Source: a virus | Taxonomy: Duplodnaviria; Caudoviricetes | Strand: one strand, 5' to 3' | Length of the DNA stretch: 48,555 bases | IMG/VR virus record: IMGVR_UViG_3300042363_000610 | Span: 1-48,555 of that record | Shown: positions 1-7,901 of the stretch, one piece after another | How positions within the stretch are numbered: the first letter of the stretch is position 1 | Layout of the letters: each line of letters begins with the position of its first letter | Position numbers and translations under genes: made by a program | Notes under the pieces: model-generated | Database searches by the model: none | What the model was told of the DNA's origin: nothing | Seen by the model: the letters and a program-made list of their open reading frames with translations, nothing else

Positions 1-212
1 CTTTCTCCCGGTTGGCTTCGTGGTAGGCGCGGTTCCGTTCCGCCACTTTCTCCCGGTTGGCTTCGCGGTAGGCGCGGTCTTTCTCTGCCACTTTCTCCCG
101 GTTGGCTTCGTGGTAGGCGCGGTTCCGTTCCGCCACTTTCTCCCGGTTGGCTTCGCGGTAGGCGCGGCGATACTCCAACACCTTCTCGCGGTTGGCTTCG
201 CGGTAGGCGCGG
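1..212. repeat. 45-bp coding tandem repeat (left portion)
   Basis: Unit approximately ctttctcccggttggcttcgyggtaggcgcggttccgttccgcca, encoding AY(R/H)EANREKVAERNR on the minus strand. Confidence 0.95.
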
Positions 213-298
213 TATGCGCACGGCTTCCCACAAAACCGCGCATTCTTTTTCTCGGCCTCAAACTCCTTTCCGCACCACTCGCAGTTTTTCAGATACAT
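1..298 (-). CDS. N-terminal part of a Zn-finger + 15-aa tandem-repeat protein spanning the contig junction
   Basis: ATG at 298 gives MYLKNCEWCGKEFEAEKKNARFCGKPCAYRAYREANREKV... (CxxC-x13-CxxxC). It is in frame with ORF 47970..48524 for either overlap length and starts 12 bp after the stop of 310..783. Confidence 0.85.
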   Translation of the reverse strand, partial: MYLKNCEWCGKEFEAEKKNARFCGKPCAYRAYREANREKVLEYRRAYREANREKVAERNRAYHEANREKVAEKDRAYREANREKVAERNRAYHEANREK

Positions 299-309
299 TT
301 TGCGCGACC

Positions 310-783
310 CTACAGTGCGTCGGTTGCACGGCGGTTGATCTCAATGGCCACGGCTGCAAGGTAATTCACAGCGCCAAGGATTTCCCGCTCGGCGGCGGCG
401 AAGTCTCCGCGCTTCACCATGCCCTGCGCCTCGACCGCCTTCTTGATCGCCTGCCCGGTCTGGAAGCCCATGCCTGCAAGCTGGCCGATGACCATGATCG
501 GCTGCTGGTCGAACGGCAGGCCGTTGCTGTGACGCTCTGCGCCCTTGCCGTCCTGCGCCTGATGCAGCGCCTTGGTCAGCACGGTAAACAGGCTGTCGTA
601 TCCTTCTCGGACAAACACAGGCACGGTGCGATCCTGCCGTATGCTGGCCAGGGCTTCGCTGTCGTCCTGAAGGCTGGCCGGGAAGTGCGGTGCAAGACCG
701 GCGAAGACGGGCGGCGGGTCGGACAGAAGGGCTTCCGACATATTGACGATGGCGGCGGCGGTGGTGGCGTGATCGCTGGTCAT
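310..783 (-). CDS. Conserved phage protein (GKGxERH...PF..QP...GQAxKK family)
   Basis: 157 aa, coupled within the leftward operon. The motif is familiar from phage proteins; function unknown. Confidence 0.75.
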   Translation of the reverse strand: MTSDHATTAAAIVNMSEALLSDPPPVFAGLAPHFPASLQDDSEALASIRQDRTVPVFVREGYDSLFTVLTKALHQAQDGKGAERHSNGLPFDQQPIMVIGQLAGMGFQTGQAIKKAVEAQGMVKRGDFAAAEREILGAVNYLAAVAIEINRRATDAL

Positions 784-977
784 TTCGTTCCTCGTAGCTG
801 GCTGCTGGTTGCTCGGATGGCGTCATGCGCGGCAAGGCGCATAAGCTTCTGATCGGTCACGCTGGATGCAATCCGGCGCAACTCGGCGGAAAGGTCTGCC
901 AGCGCGCGTGATGCGCTGGTCAGGTCTTCGGTGGTGGCGGTCGGTATCTCGACGCGGCTGAAGCTGGGAACCGACAT
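780..977 (-). CDS. Hypothetical protein
   Basis: 65 aa, start and stop overlap both neighbours. Confidence 0.7.
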   Translation of the reverse strand: MSVPSFSRVEIPTATTEDLTSASRALADLSAELRRIASSVTDQKLMRLAAHDAIRATSSQLRGTK

Positions 978-1918
978 CAGATGTCATCACCCGGCTGGGG
1001 CGCGGTTTCATCCCCGTCGATGATCTCACCCGTCTGCGGATCGTGCGGGGTGGACGTGCCGCCGTTGCTTTCCTGCGCGGGCTGTGCGGCCTGCTTCGGC
1101 GTCACATCCTTCAGTGCGGCTGCTGCTGCACCACGCTTCTTGCCGGTCTGCTGCGGCGCGGGTTCGGTCGGGCCACCATCCTTTGCATCGTAGTCGAAGC
1201 CTTCATCGATCCGTTCGACAGCCTGCATAAATTCATCGCGGTCGCTGGACGAAGGCAGGTATTTCGAGATGCGCCGGATCACAGTCTTCCGCCACCATTC
1301 GCCGAAGTTCGCGCCGGTGTCGGGGTTGTATTGCGCGGCGTTCTTTGACTGCTTCGCGATGGCCAGGACAGCGGCCTTGTCCATCACTTCACGCTGAACG
1401 CTGCCGTCTTTCATCTTCACGATGGCATAGACGGCGATGGCAGGGCCACGGTCGCCGCTCATGTTCGGCGCGTGTTCGATCCGCTCGTCATCGCCTAGGA
1501 CATAGGCGAAGAGGTCGTTCTTATAGACGACATGGGCCGCGATGTTGCTGATCTCGCCGCTGTTGCGCGCCTTCTTCATCAGCCCCGCGACCATCGGGAT
1601 ATACTGAACGCGGTCCTCATACTGGTTGTCGCCAACCTTCTGCCGGAACGTCACAAGCGCGGCCTCGCGCCCGTCGATGATCAGGCCATCGGTCGCGGCC
1701 TTGGTGCAGGCGGCAAGCAACGACTGCATCCCGCCCTGCGTCTGGCAAGCCTTGCTGATCTGCGGGTTCATCTGCACGGCGGTCTGCACGGTGCGAACGA
1801 ACTTTTCAGCCGGGATGTGGCCGGGCAGGGCCTTCTTGAATTCCGGCGTCATCTGGATCAGCCGGTCGCGCAAGGTCAGCGGGCGCTGTTCACTTTGCGC
1901 TGGCAGGTTCTGCGTCAT
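977..1918 (-). CDS. recT: RecT-family ssDNA annealing recombinase
   Basis: ALPGHIPAEKFVR, SLLAACTKAATDGL, GLMKKARNSGEI, EWWRKTVIRRISKYLP; lies downstream of a RecE-like exonuclease. Confidence 0.93.
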   Translation of the reverse strand: MTQNLPAQSEQRPLTLRDRLIQMTPEFKKALPGHIPAEKFVRTVQTAVQMNPQISKACQTQGGMQSLLAACTKAATDGLIIDGREAALVTFRQKVGDNQYEDRVQYIPMVAGLMKKARNSGEISNIAAHVVYKNDLFAYVLGDDERIEHAPNMSGDRGPAIAVYAIVKMKDGSVQREVMDKAAVLAIAKQSKNAAQYNPDTGANFGEWWRKTVIRRISKYLPSSSDRDEFMQAVERIDEGFDYDAKDGGPTEPAPQQTGKKRGAAAAALKDVTPKQAAQPAQESNGGTSTPHDPQTGEIIDGDETAPQPGDDI

Positions 1919-2087
1919 CTCTGGTTCCTTTCAGGATCGATACCGCTCGGTCGCGGATGGGTTGGAAGTCACAGCGCGCGGCTTCGGCAAGCACCTGCCG
2001 CGCTACTGCTGGGCTTCGGTCGGGGGCGCGACGGATGAACACCGCCGCGTTCCAGAATTTCAGGGTTGCCAGTTCACGCGGTGACAT
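1890..2087 (-). CDS. Hypothetical protein
   Basis: 65-aa ORF filling the gap in the leftward operon; overlaps the recT start. Confidence 0.5.
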   Translation of the reverse strand: MSPRELATLKFWNAAVFIRRAPDRSPAVARQVLAEAARCDFQPIRDRAVSILKGTRDDAEPASAK

Positions 2088-2289
2088 CGACGGTCGGCGC
2101 GGGCTGGGGCGGGACGGGCAGGGGCTGGACGATCAGGGCCAGCAATTCACTGGCAACATCCAGATCGTTCATGGCGATGGTCTTGTGGCCTTCCCCGCTG
2201 TTGTAGGCGGTGATCGCCTGCACTTCGGCCATTGCCGATTTGATCCGGTCCAGCGCGACCATGACGACTTTTTCAACTGCAACAGCCAT
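2074..2289 (-). CDS. Hypothetical protein
   Basis: 71 aa, starts 2 bp after the exonuclease stop. Confidence 0.7.
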   Translation of the reverse strand: MAVAVEKVVMVALDRIKSAMAEVQAITAYNSGEGHKTIAMNDLDVASELLALIVQPLPVPPQPAPTVDVTA

Positions 2290-2291
2290 CT

Positions 2292-3146
2292 CTAGACCTC
2301 CGCATCCAGCGCGTTCGGCGCGTCGATCATGGTGTATGCCCAGCGCGGGAACGACAGTTCCTGAACGCCATCGGCATACGCGGGCCAGTCATTCGTGGCC
2401 TGGCATTCGCCATAGACCGGCAAGGTCTTGCGGATGATCGCGCGGCCTTCTTCCACGATGGACGGCGGCAGTTCATAGACTGCCTTTGCGAAGGGGGCTT
2501 CCTTCTCCCAGGCGATGAAGACGAAGGCAGCGACTTCCTGCCCCAGCGCGCGCCATCCATCGGTATAGAAGGCTTCCTGGGTGTGGTAGCCGAAGTTCAC
2601 GACTGACTTCGCGAAGTCTGCCGGGGCGGCGCTGGCCGTCGATTTCACGTCGATCATCACCTTCAGATCGGCGCGATACAGGTCGGGGCGGATGCGGCAC
2701 ATCAGGCCGGTGTCGGGATCGGTCCAGTAGCCCGATGCTTCGACCATACGATCCCCGCCCGTCACGATGCTGTTGATCCATGCGTCGGCATGGACGGCAT
2801 CGCGGATGGCCAGAACCTTGTCGAAGTCGCCGCTGGTCAACAGAAGCTTGCCTTCGATCTGGCAGTATTCTTCGGCGTCCTTCCACTTGTTGCCGCGCCG
2901 GTCATCGGGTCCGCGATACACGCGGGCTTCGAACTGCTCGGGTTCAAGGATGGCCAGGTGCGCAGCCTCGCCGAAGTCGAACGCCTTGCTTTCCTTGCGT
3001 TCGCCGAAGCGATAGTGCGCCGGGGTGGACGTGTGGATTTTCCACAAGCCCGATTTCGAAACGCCCGGCCCAGCGTGATACGCCTCGTTCGGGATGCCTT
3101 GGTAGATGCCGGGCTGGATGTCGGCCCTGACAATCGGAAGGTTCAT
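2292..3146 (-). CDS. RecE/exonuclease VIII-like PD-(D/E)XK nuclease (DUF3799-type)
   Basis: YHAGPGVSKSGL, FGEAAHLAILEP, CRIRPD...IDVKST, YHTQEAFY. Start at 3146 has a CAGGAG SD. Confidence 0.9.
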   Translation of the reverse strand: MNLPIVRADIQPGIYQGIPNEAYHAGPGVSKSGLWKIHTSTPAHYRFGERKESKAFDFGEAAHLAILEPEQFEARVYRGPDDRRGNKWKDAEEYCQIEGKLLLTSGDFDKVLAIRDAVHADAWINSIVTGGDRMVEASGYWTDPDTGLMCRIRPDLYRADLKVMIDVKSTASAAPADFAKSVVNFGYHTQEAFYTDGWRALGQEVAAFVFIAWEKEAPFAKAVYELPPSIVEEGRAIIRKTLPVYGECQATNDWPAYADGVQELSFPRWAYTMIDAPNALDAEV

Positions 3147-3180
3147 CGTCGTCTCCTGGTGATGTGCCGCTGTTGCGGAC

Positions 3181-3226
3181 GTTGTGAACATCACAACACT
3201 ACAGACAACGTTGTGATAGTGTCAAC
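3181..3226 (-). promoter_or_regulatory. pL promoter with two 17-bp operators
   Basis: Minus strand has -35 TTGACA and -10 TAGTGT. Operators are GTTGTGAACATCACAAC (3181-3197) and GTTGTGATAGTGTCAAC (3210-3226). Confidence 0.8.
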
Positions 3227-3243
3227 ACCAGAATTTCAGAATT

Positions 3244-3870
3244 TCAGGGAATGACTGCGATGACCGGCGCGGCGGTTTCCAGCATGACTTCGGCGGTGTC
3301 GCCGGTCGCGCGCTGGATCGTGGCTTCCCCTGTCTTGCGGGCGCGTGTCAGTCGAACCATTGCCTGCTTCCCGTTGTCGCGGGTGCGGCAGATGGCCATG
3401 GTTCCAATGGCATCGTGTTCAACAACCTCTGTCGGCTTAAACAGCACAACGGCATCATCCCAGATCGCAAGCGGGCCGGTGGTGGCCCTGATCTGTGCGG
3501 CGATGATCTGGCCATTGCCTGCCCTGGAAATAGCGGCCTGGACCTTTTCGATAATCGCTTGCGGCAGGGGGCGCGGTTCCTTCATCCGCTCCATATGGCC
3601 GGTCTGATCGATGGTCGCGGCAAGCATGATGCGGGTGGGCATCCCATCCAGATCGACACTCACGCCCGCGTGTCGCATCACCTCTGCCACGGGAACCCGA
3701 AGGAAGTGTGCGATCTGCTTGGCTTCGTCCATCTGCATCTTCCTCTGCCCCGATAGCATTCGCGAAACAGCGGACGCATCTATCCCCATGTCTCGTGCAA
3801 GGCCGCGAACGGAAAGGCGCTGATCTTCAAGTCTGGACAGGAACCAGGCTTTATCGACTGTCTGTGTCAT
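3244..3870 (-). CDS. CI-like repressor (XRE HTH + degenerate S24-like C-domain)
   Basis: SVRGLARDMGIDASAVSRMLSGQRKMQMDEAKQIA HTH; divergent from a small HTH gene across operators. Confidence 0.85.
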   Translation of the reverse strand: MTQTVDKAWFLSRLEDQRLSVRGLARDMGIDASAVSRMLSGQRKMQMDEAKQIAHFLRVPVAEVMRHAGVSVDLDGMPTRIMLAATIDQTGHMERMKEPRPLPQAIIEKVQAAISRAGNGQIIAAQIRATTGPLAIWDDAVVLFKPTEVVEHDAIGTMAICRTRDNGKQAMVRLTRARKTGEATIQRATGDTAEVMLETAAPVIAVIP

Positions 3871-3881
3871 GCGCGCCTAGT

Positions 3882-4031
3882 GTTGCAGAATTTACAACGC
3901 CCGACAAGGAATTATGTATCTTTGCATACGGTTTATCTCAAGCCAAGGACACACCTGACAAAAACTTAACCCGGTTGTTGCGGCCTGTTGACGTTGCTGT
4001 TCTCACAACGTAGTGTTGCGGAAAGTGCATC
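3882..4031 (+). promoter_or_regulatory. OR region and pR promoter
   Basis: TTGACG(3988-3993)-N17-TAGTGT(4011-4016). Operators at 3882-3898 GTTGCAGAATTTACAAC, 3993-4009 GTTGCTGTTCTCACAAC and 4015-4031 GTTGCGGAAAGTGCATC. Confidence 0.8.
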
Positions 4032-4046
4032 ACTATGGAGTGCGAC

Positions 4047-4283
4047 GTGAGCGAGATCGTTGAAAAGCAAACGCCGTGGCGGGTCGTGTTCCGAAAGTTC
4101 GGGATGACGCAGGCAGAACTGGCGCGTGAGATCGGGGTTGACCGGTCGAAGATCAGCGTGGCGCTGAAGGATGAAGACGGGCTGATCAACGCGCGGGATC
4201 AACTGAAGCTGATGAAGGCCGCGCGTCGGGCAGGCATCCCGCTGAAGGCGGCTGATCTGCTGCCGGTGATCTCCCGTGCCTGA
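4047..4283 (+). CDS. Cro-like HTH regulator
   Basis: GMTQAELAREIGVDRSKISVAL. GTG at 4047 has a GGAG SD (alternative ATG at 4035). Confidence 0.85.
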   Translation: MSEIVEKQTPWRVVFRKFGMTQAELAREIGVDRSKISVALKDEDGLINARDQLKLMKAARRAGIPLKAADLLPVISRA

Positions 4284-4494
4284 TCAGCGCCCGCCCCTGA
4301 CACTGACCGGCCAAGCCGACCTGATCGCATACCTGCTGCGGCGGGCGACGATGGCGGATGGCCGTCCAGCGGGCGAAGCCTGGATGCTGCTGACATCCGA
4401 AGAGATGGAAGACCTGAAGCACATCGAAGCGCGGCTGCGGCGGATCGCTCCGCATGAGGCTGCGATCAAGCGGATGGTGGTGGGCGCGCGATGA
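4276..4494 (+). CDS. Hypothetical protein (cII position)
   Basis: 72 aa, overlaps cro and the helicase. Confidence 0.75.
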   Translation: MPDQRPPLTLTGQADLIAYLLRRATMADGRPAGEAWMLLTSEEMEDLKHIEARLRRIAPHEAAIKRMVVGAR

Positions 4495-5903
4495 TCTGCC
4501 TGCGTCCTGATCAGGAAGACGTTCGGGCGAAGCTGCGCGTGGCGCTGCGGTCTTCGTCTTCGGTCCTGGCATTCGCCCCTACGGGCTTCGGCAAGACGGT
4601 GCTGGCCGGTGCGCTGATCAAGCTGCTGTTCGATGCGAAGAAACGGGTGATCTTCGCGGTGCATCGGATCGACCTGATCAAGCAAACCGCTGGCACGTTC
4701 GAAAAGCTTGGCATCCCGTTCTCGTATATCGCGGCGGGCTATCACTACAATCCGTATCATCGGGTCTATATCGCGTCGATCCTGACGCTGAAGAACCGCA
4801 TGGGCAAAATCCCTGCCGATTACATCTTCGTGGATGAAGCGCACCTGTCTGCCGCTGCCGGGTGGGCGGCGGTGGCGAAGCACTACAAGGAAGCCGGGGC
4901 GAAGCTGATCGGCCTGACCGGATCGCCCGAACGTCTGGACGGCAAGCCCTTGGGCGATGTCTGGGATCAGATGGTCATGGGTCCGACCGTGCGCTGGCTG
5001 ATCGACAACGGGCATCTGTCCAGATACCGGGCCTTCGCGCCGAAGGGCCTGGTCGATACCTCGGGCCTGCATACGCGCGGCGGTGAGTTCGTGCAGTCCG
5101 AGATCGATGCGCTGATGGAAGGCAAGGCGGTGATCGCGGGCGCGGCGCGGCATTGGCGGGCGAAGGCTGACGGTCTGCGGACCATTGCGTTCTGCCCATC
5201 GGTCGCGCGGGCCAAGGAATACGCGGAAGAGTTCACGGCGCTGGGCATTCCCTCGGTCGCGCTGGATGCGGAAACCCCGCAAGAGGAACGGGCGCGGGCG
5301 TTCATCGACTTCGCTGACCGCAAGCTGCTGGTGATCTTCAACTGCGCGCTGTTTTGCGAAGGCTTCGACCTTGCCGCACAGGTGAACCGGGATGTCACCA
5401 TCGAATGCGTGATGCAACTGTCACCGACGCAATCGCTGGCGAAGCACCTGCAACAGTTGGGGCGCGGCCTGCGGAAGAAAGACTATCCAGCGATCCTGCT
5501 TGATCTGGTCGGAAACCTGGAACGCCTGGGCCTTCCTGATGATGATCGCGAATGGTCGCTGGAAGGCCGGAAGAAGGTGAAGCGCGAAGTCGAAGCGATC
5601 ACCTGCGAAGAGTGTTTCGCGACCCATGCGCCTGCGCCGGTCTGCCCTGAATGCGGGTTCCGGTATCCGCGCAAGGAAGCCGCGTTCGGCGGTGGGCGGC
5701 AGATCGAAGAGGTCGAAACAGACCTGGAAGAAATCGACATCGAAGCGGTTCGGCGCGCGCGGCAGATCGAACAGGCGAAGGCGAAAACGCTGGAAGACCT
5801 GATCAGCCTCGCGACGGCGCGCGGCTACAAGTCGCCCGACAAGTGGGCGGCGCACATCTGGACGGCAAGGCAGGCCAAGGAAGGGATGCGGCAGTATGGC
5901 TAA
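4491..5903 (+). CDS. SF2 DEAH helicase (RadD/YejH-like) with C-terminal Zn finger
   Basis: APTGFGKT, FVDEAH, GLTGSP, EGFD, QQLGRGLR, CEEC...CPEC. Confidence 0.93.
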   Translation: MICLRPDQEDVRAKLRVALRSSSSVLAFAPTGFGKTVLAGALIKLLFDAKKRVIFAVHRIDLIKQTAGTFEKLGIPFSYIAAGYHYNPYHRVYIASILTLKNRMGKIPADYIFVDEAHLSAAAGWAAVAKHYKEAGAKLIGLTGSPERLDGKPLGDVWDQMVMGPTVRWLIDNGHLSRYRAFAPKGLVDTSGLHTRGGEFVQSEIDALMEGKAVIAGAARHWRAKADGLRTIAFCPSVARAKEYAEEFTALGIPSVALDAETPQEERARAFIDFADRKLLVIFNCALFCEGFDLAAQVNRDVTIECVMQLSPTQSLAKHLQQLGRGLRKKDYPAILLDLVGNLERLGLPDDDREWSLEGRKKVKREVEAITCEECFATHAPAPVCPECGFRYPRKEAAFGGGRQIEEVETDLEEIDIEAVRRARQIEQAKAKTLEDLISLATARGYKSPDKWAAHIWTARQAKEGMRQYG

Positions 5904-6261
5904 ACAGGTTCCCATCGAAGAGATTTACCGACCGATCCCTTGCCCGTGCTGCACTCAGCCGGTGAGCGTTCCCGCGCTGAACGTGGTGATCGATCACTTC
6001 AAGGTGACGCCTCTGGAAGCGCGCATCCTCGGCGCGGTGTGGAAGGGCAAGGGTCATCCGGTCCAGACTGAACGCATCTTCGACGCGATGTATGTCGATG
6101 ATCCTGATGGCGGTCCTACTCCGACAAAGATGTATCTCGCGTTCAAGGTGGCGCTGTGCCACCTGCGGGAAAAGCTGGCCGGTTCTGGGATCGGGATTGA
6201 GAATGTAGGGTATCGGCAGGGCTACAGGCTGGTGCTGGGACAGAAATCAGAAGGGAAATGA
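5896..6261 (+). CDS. Winged-helix (OmpR/PhoB C-terminal-like) DNA-binding protein with CPCC; candidate late activator
   Basis: TPLEARILGAVW...FKVALCHLREKL...IENVGYRQGYRL. Confidence 0.7.
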   Translation: MAKQVPIEEIYRPIPCPCCTQPVSVPALNVVIDHFKVTPLEARILGAVWKGKGHPVQTERIFDAMYVDDPDGGPTPTKMYLAFKVALCHLREKLAGSGIGIENVGYRQGYRLVLGQKSEGK

Positions 6262-6262
6262 C

Positions 6263-6703
6263 ATGCTGAACCAATGCAATTTCATCGGCAACGTGGGCCG
6301 TGATCCTGAGATCAGGACCATGCAGAACGGGGACAAGGTGGCAAACCTGTCCATCGCTGTCAGCGAAACGTGGCGCGATAAGACATCGGGCGAACGCAAG
6401 GAAAAAACGACATGGGTTCCTGTCGTGGTCTGGGGGAACTTGGCCGGGATCGTGGATCAGTATGTGTCGAAGGGTTCCAAGATCATGGTGTCGGGGAAGT
6501 TTCAGGTTCGCAAATGGCAAGACCAATCCGGCGCTGATCGCTATTCGACCGAGATCGTTTTGCAGGGCTACGATGCCAAGCTGATCCTTCTGAGCGGTCG
6601 CCGCGATGATGGCGATGAAGGGTCAAGCGATGCTGATCAGCGTGGCGGCGGACGCAGCGAAGGCAGTTCGCGCCAAGACATGGATGATGAAATCCCGTTC
6701 TGA
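6263..6703 (+). CDS. ssb: Single-stranded DNA-binding protein
   Basis: LNQCNFIGNVGRDPEIR, ETWRDKTSGERKEKT, KWQDQSGADRYSTEIVL, C-terminal DDEIPF. Confidence 0.96.
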   Translation: MLNQCNFIGNVGRDPEIRTMQNGDKVANLSIAVSETWRDKTSGERKEKTTWVPVVVWGNLAGIVDQYVSKGSKIMVSGKFQVRKWQDQSGADRYSTEIVLQGYDAKLILLSGRRDDGDEGSSDADQRGGGRSEGSSRQDMDDEIPF

Positions 6704-6711
6704 GGTAAGCC

Positions 6712-7413
6712 ATGATCCGCGTCATCGACTATGAAACAACCGGGACCGATGAAGAGGCTGACGCTGAAATCATCGAAGCGGGAAGCTATGATCTGGTGCA
6801 GGGCGAAGACGGCGGGCCGTGGCGCGTAACGCGCCCGGTTCGCTGGCTGGTGAAGCCGTCGAAGCCGATCCCGCCCCAGGCGCGCGCGGTGCATCACATA
6901 TCCGATGCGGACGTGGCCGATGCTCCGGTGCTGCGCGATGTAGTGGATGACTTCCTGGACGGTGCCGACATCTGCGCGGCGCATAATGCGAAGTTCGAAC
7001 AGCACTTCACGCCCTACAAAAACCTGCGCTGGATATGCACCTACAAAAGCGCGCTGGTGGTCTGGCCGGATGCGCCTGCCCACAATAACCAGGCGCTGCG
7101 CTACTGGCTCGGGCTGGATGGGGCTGAAGACTTCGACGCTGATCGGTCGATGCCGTCGCACCGCGCGCTGCCGGATGCCTTCGTGACGGCGCACCTGCTG
7201 CGGCGGCTGCTGGCTGAACGCTCGGTCGATGAACTGCTGACGATCTCGCGCTATCCGGCGCTGCTGCGGAAGATGAACTTCGGCAAGCACAAGGGTATGG
7301 CGTTCGCCGATGCTCCGACTGACTACCTGGAATGGATCAGGGATAAGTCGGACATGAACGAAGACACGAAGTTCACCGCCAAATACTGGCTTCAGAAGAG
7401 GGCGAAGGCGTGA
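6712..7413 (+). CDS. DEDDh 3'-5' exonuclease, ExoX-like
   Basis: IDYETTG, AHNAKFE, WICTYK, HRALPD, FGKHKG...PTDYLEW. Confidence 0.9.
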   Translation: MIRVIDYETTGTDEEADAEIIEAGSYDLVQGEDGGPWRVTRPVRWLVKPSKPIPPQARAVHHISDADVADAPVLRDVVDDFLDGADICAAHNAKFEQHFTPYKNLRWICTYKSALVVWPDAPAHNNQALRYWLGLDGAEDFDADRSMPSHRALPDAFVTAHLLRRLLAERSVDELLTISRYPALLRKMNFGKHKGMAFADAPTDYLEWIRDKSDMNEDTKFTAKYWLQKRAKA

Positions 7414-7829
7414 GCGATGAAATCCCCCTGATGCGGGAATTGCAGATCGCGGCATCTGCGATGGGCGCGCGTCTCTTCCGGCAGAATGTCGGCCTGGCCT
7501 GGGTCGGGAAAGCTGAACGTGTCCAGCGGGCGCGCGCTGTCCAGGTGCGGCCTGGTGATGTGGTGATCCGCGCGGCGCGACCGTTCAAGGCCGGGATCGC
7601 GGGGATGTCGGACTTGGGCGGCTGGGTGCCGGTGACGATCACGCCCGAGATGGTGGGCAAGACAGTGGCGGTCTATGCCCAGGTCGAAGTGAAAGATGGC
7701 GCGCGCGCGACCGGCGAACAAGAACGGTGGATCGCGGCTGTGCTAAATGCCGGGGGGCTTGCGGGCATCGCGCGCAACATATCGGACCTAACTGCGATCC
7801 TCACCGCAAGGTTTGGGTCAAAGGAATAA
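7410..7829 (+). CDS. VRR-NUC domain nuclease
   Basis: RLFRQNVG, GMSDLGG, VEVK...RATGEQERWI...GGLAGIAR. Confidence 0.85.
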   Translation: MSDEIPLMRELQIAASAMGARLFRQNVGLAWVGKAERVQRARAVQVRPGDVVIRAARPFKAGIAGMSDLGGWVPVTITPEMVGKTVAVYAQVEVKDGARATGEQERWIAAVLNAGGLAGIARNISDLTAILTARFGSKE

Positions 7830-7876
7830 TTTCACGATCAGCGCAATTTATGGGGTTGCCTTCGCGCGCGTGTAGT

Positions 7877-7893
7877 GTTGTGAAAAGAGCAAC
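7877..7893 (+). promoter_or_regulatory. Operator-like site upstream of the methyltransferase
   Basis: TAGT-GTTGTGAAAAGAGCAAC, same context as pL and pR. Confidence 0.6.
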
Positions 7894-7901
7894 AGGGAAC
7901 G

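Noticed and set aside
1-167. Physical direct terminal repeats of the virion DNA
   Set aside because: The overlap falls inside a coding repeat and includes a k-mer-sized 77-bp match; assembly circularity explains it better.
20-364. Plus-strand hydrophobic repeat ORF (VGFAVGAVPFRHFLP)
   Set aside because: Antisense shadow of the minus-strand Zn-finger repeat gene, which fits the operon direction.
3960-3975. CtrA binding site
   Set aside because: Only a TTAAC half-site; no TTAA-N7-TTAA.
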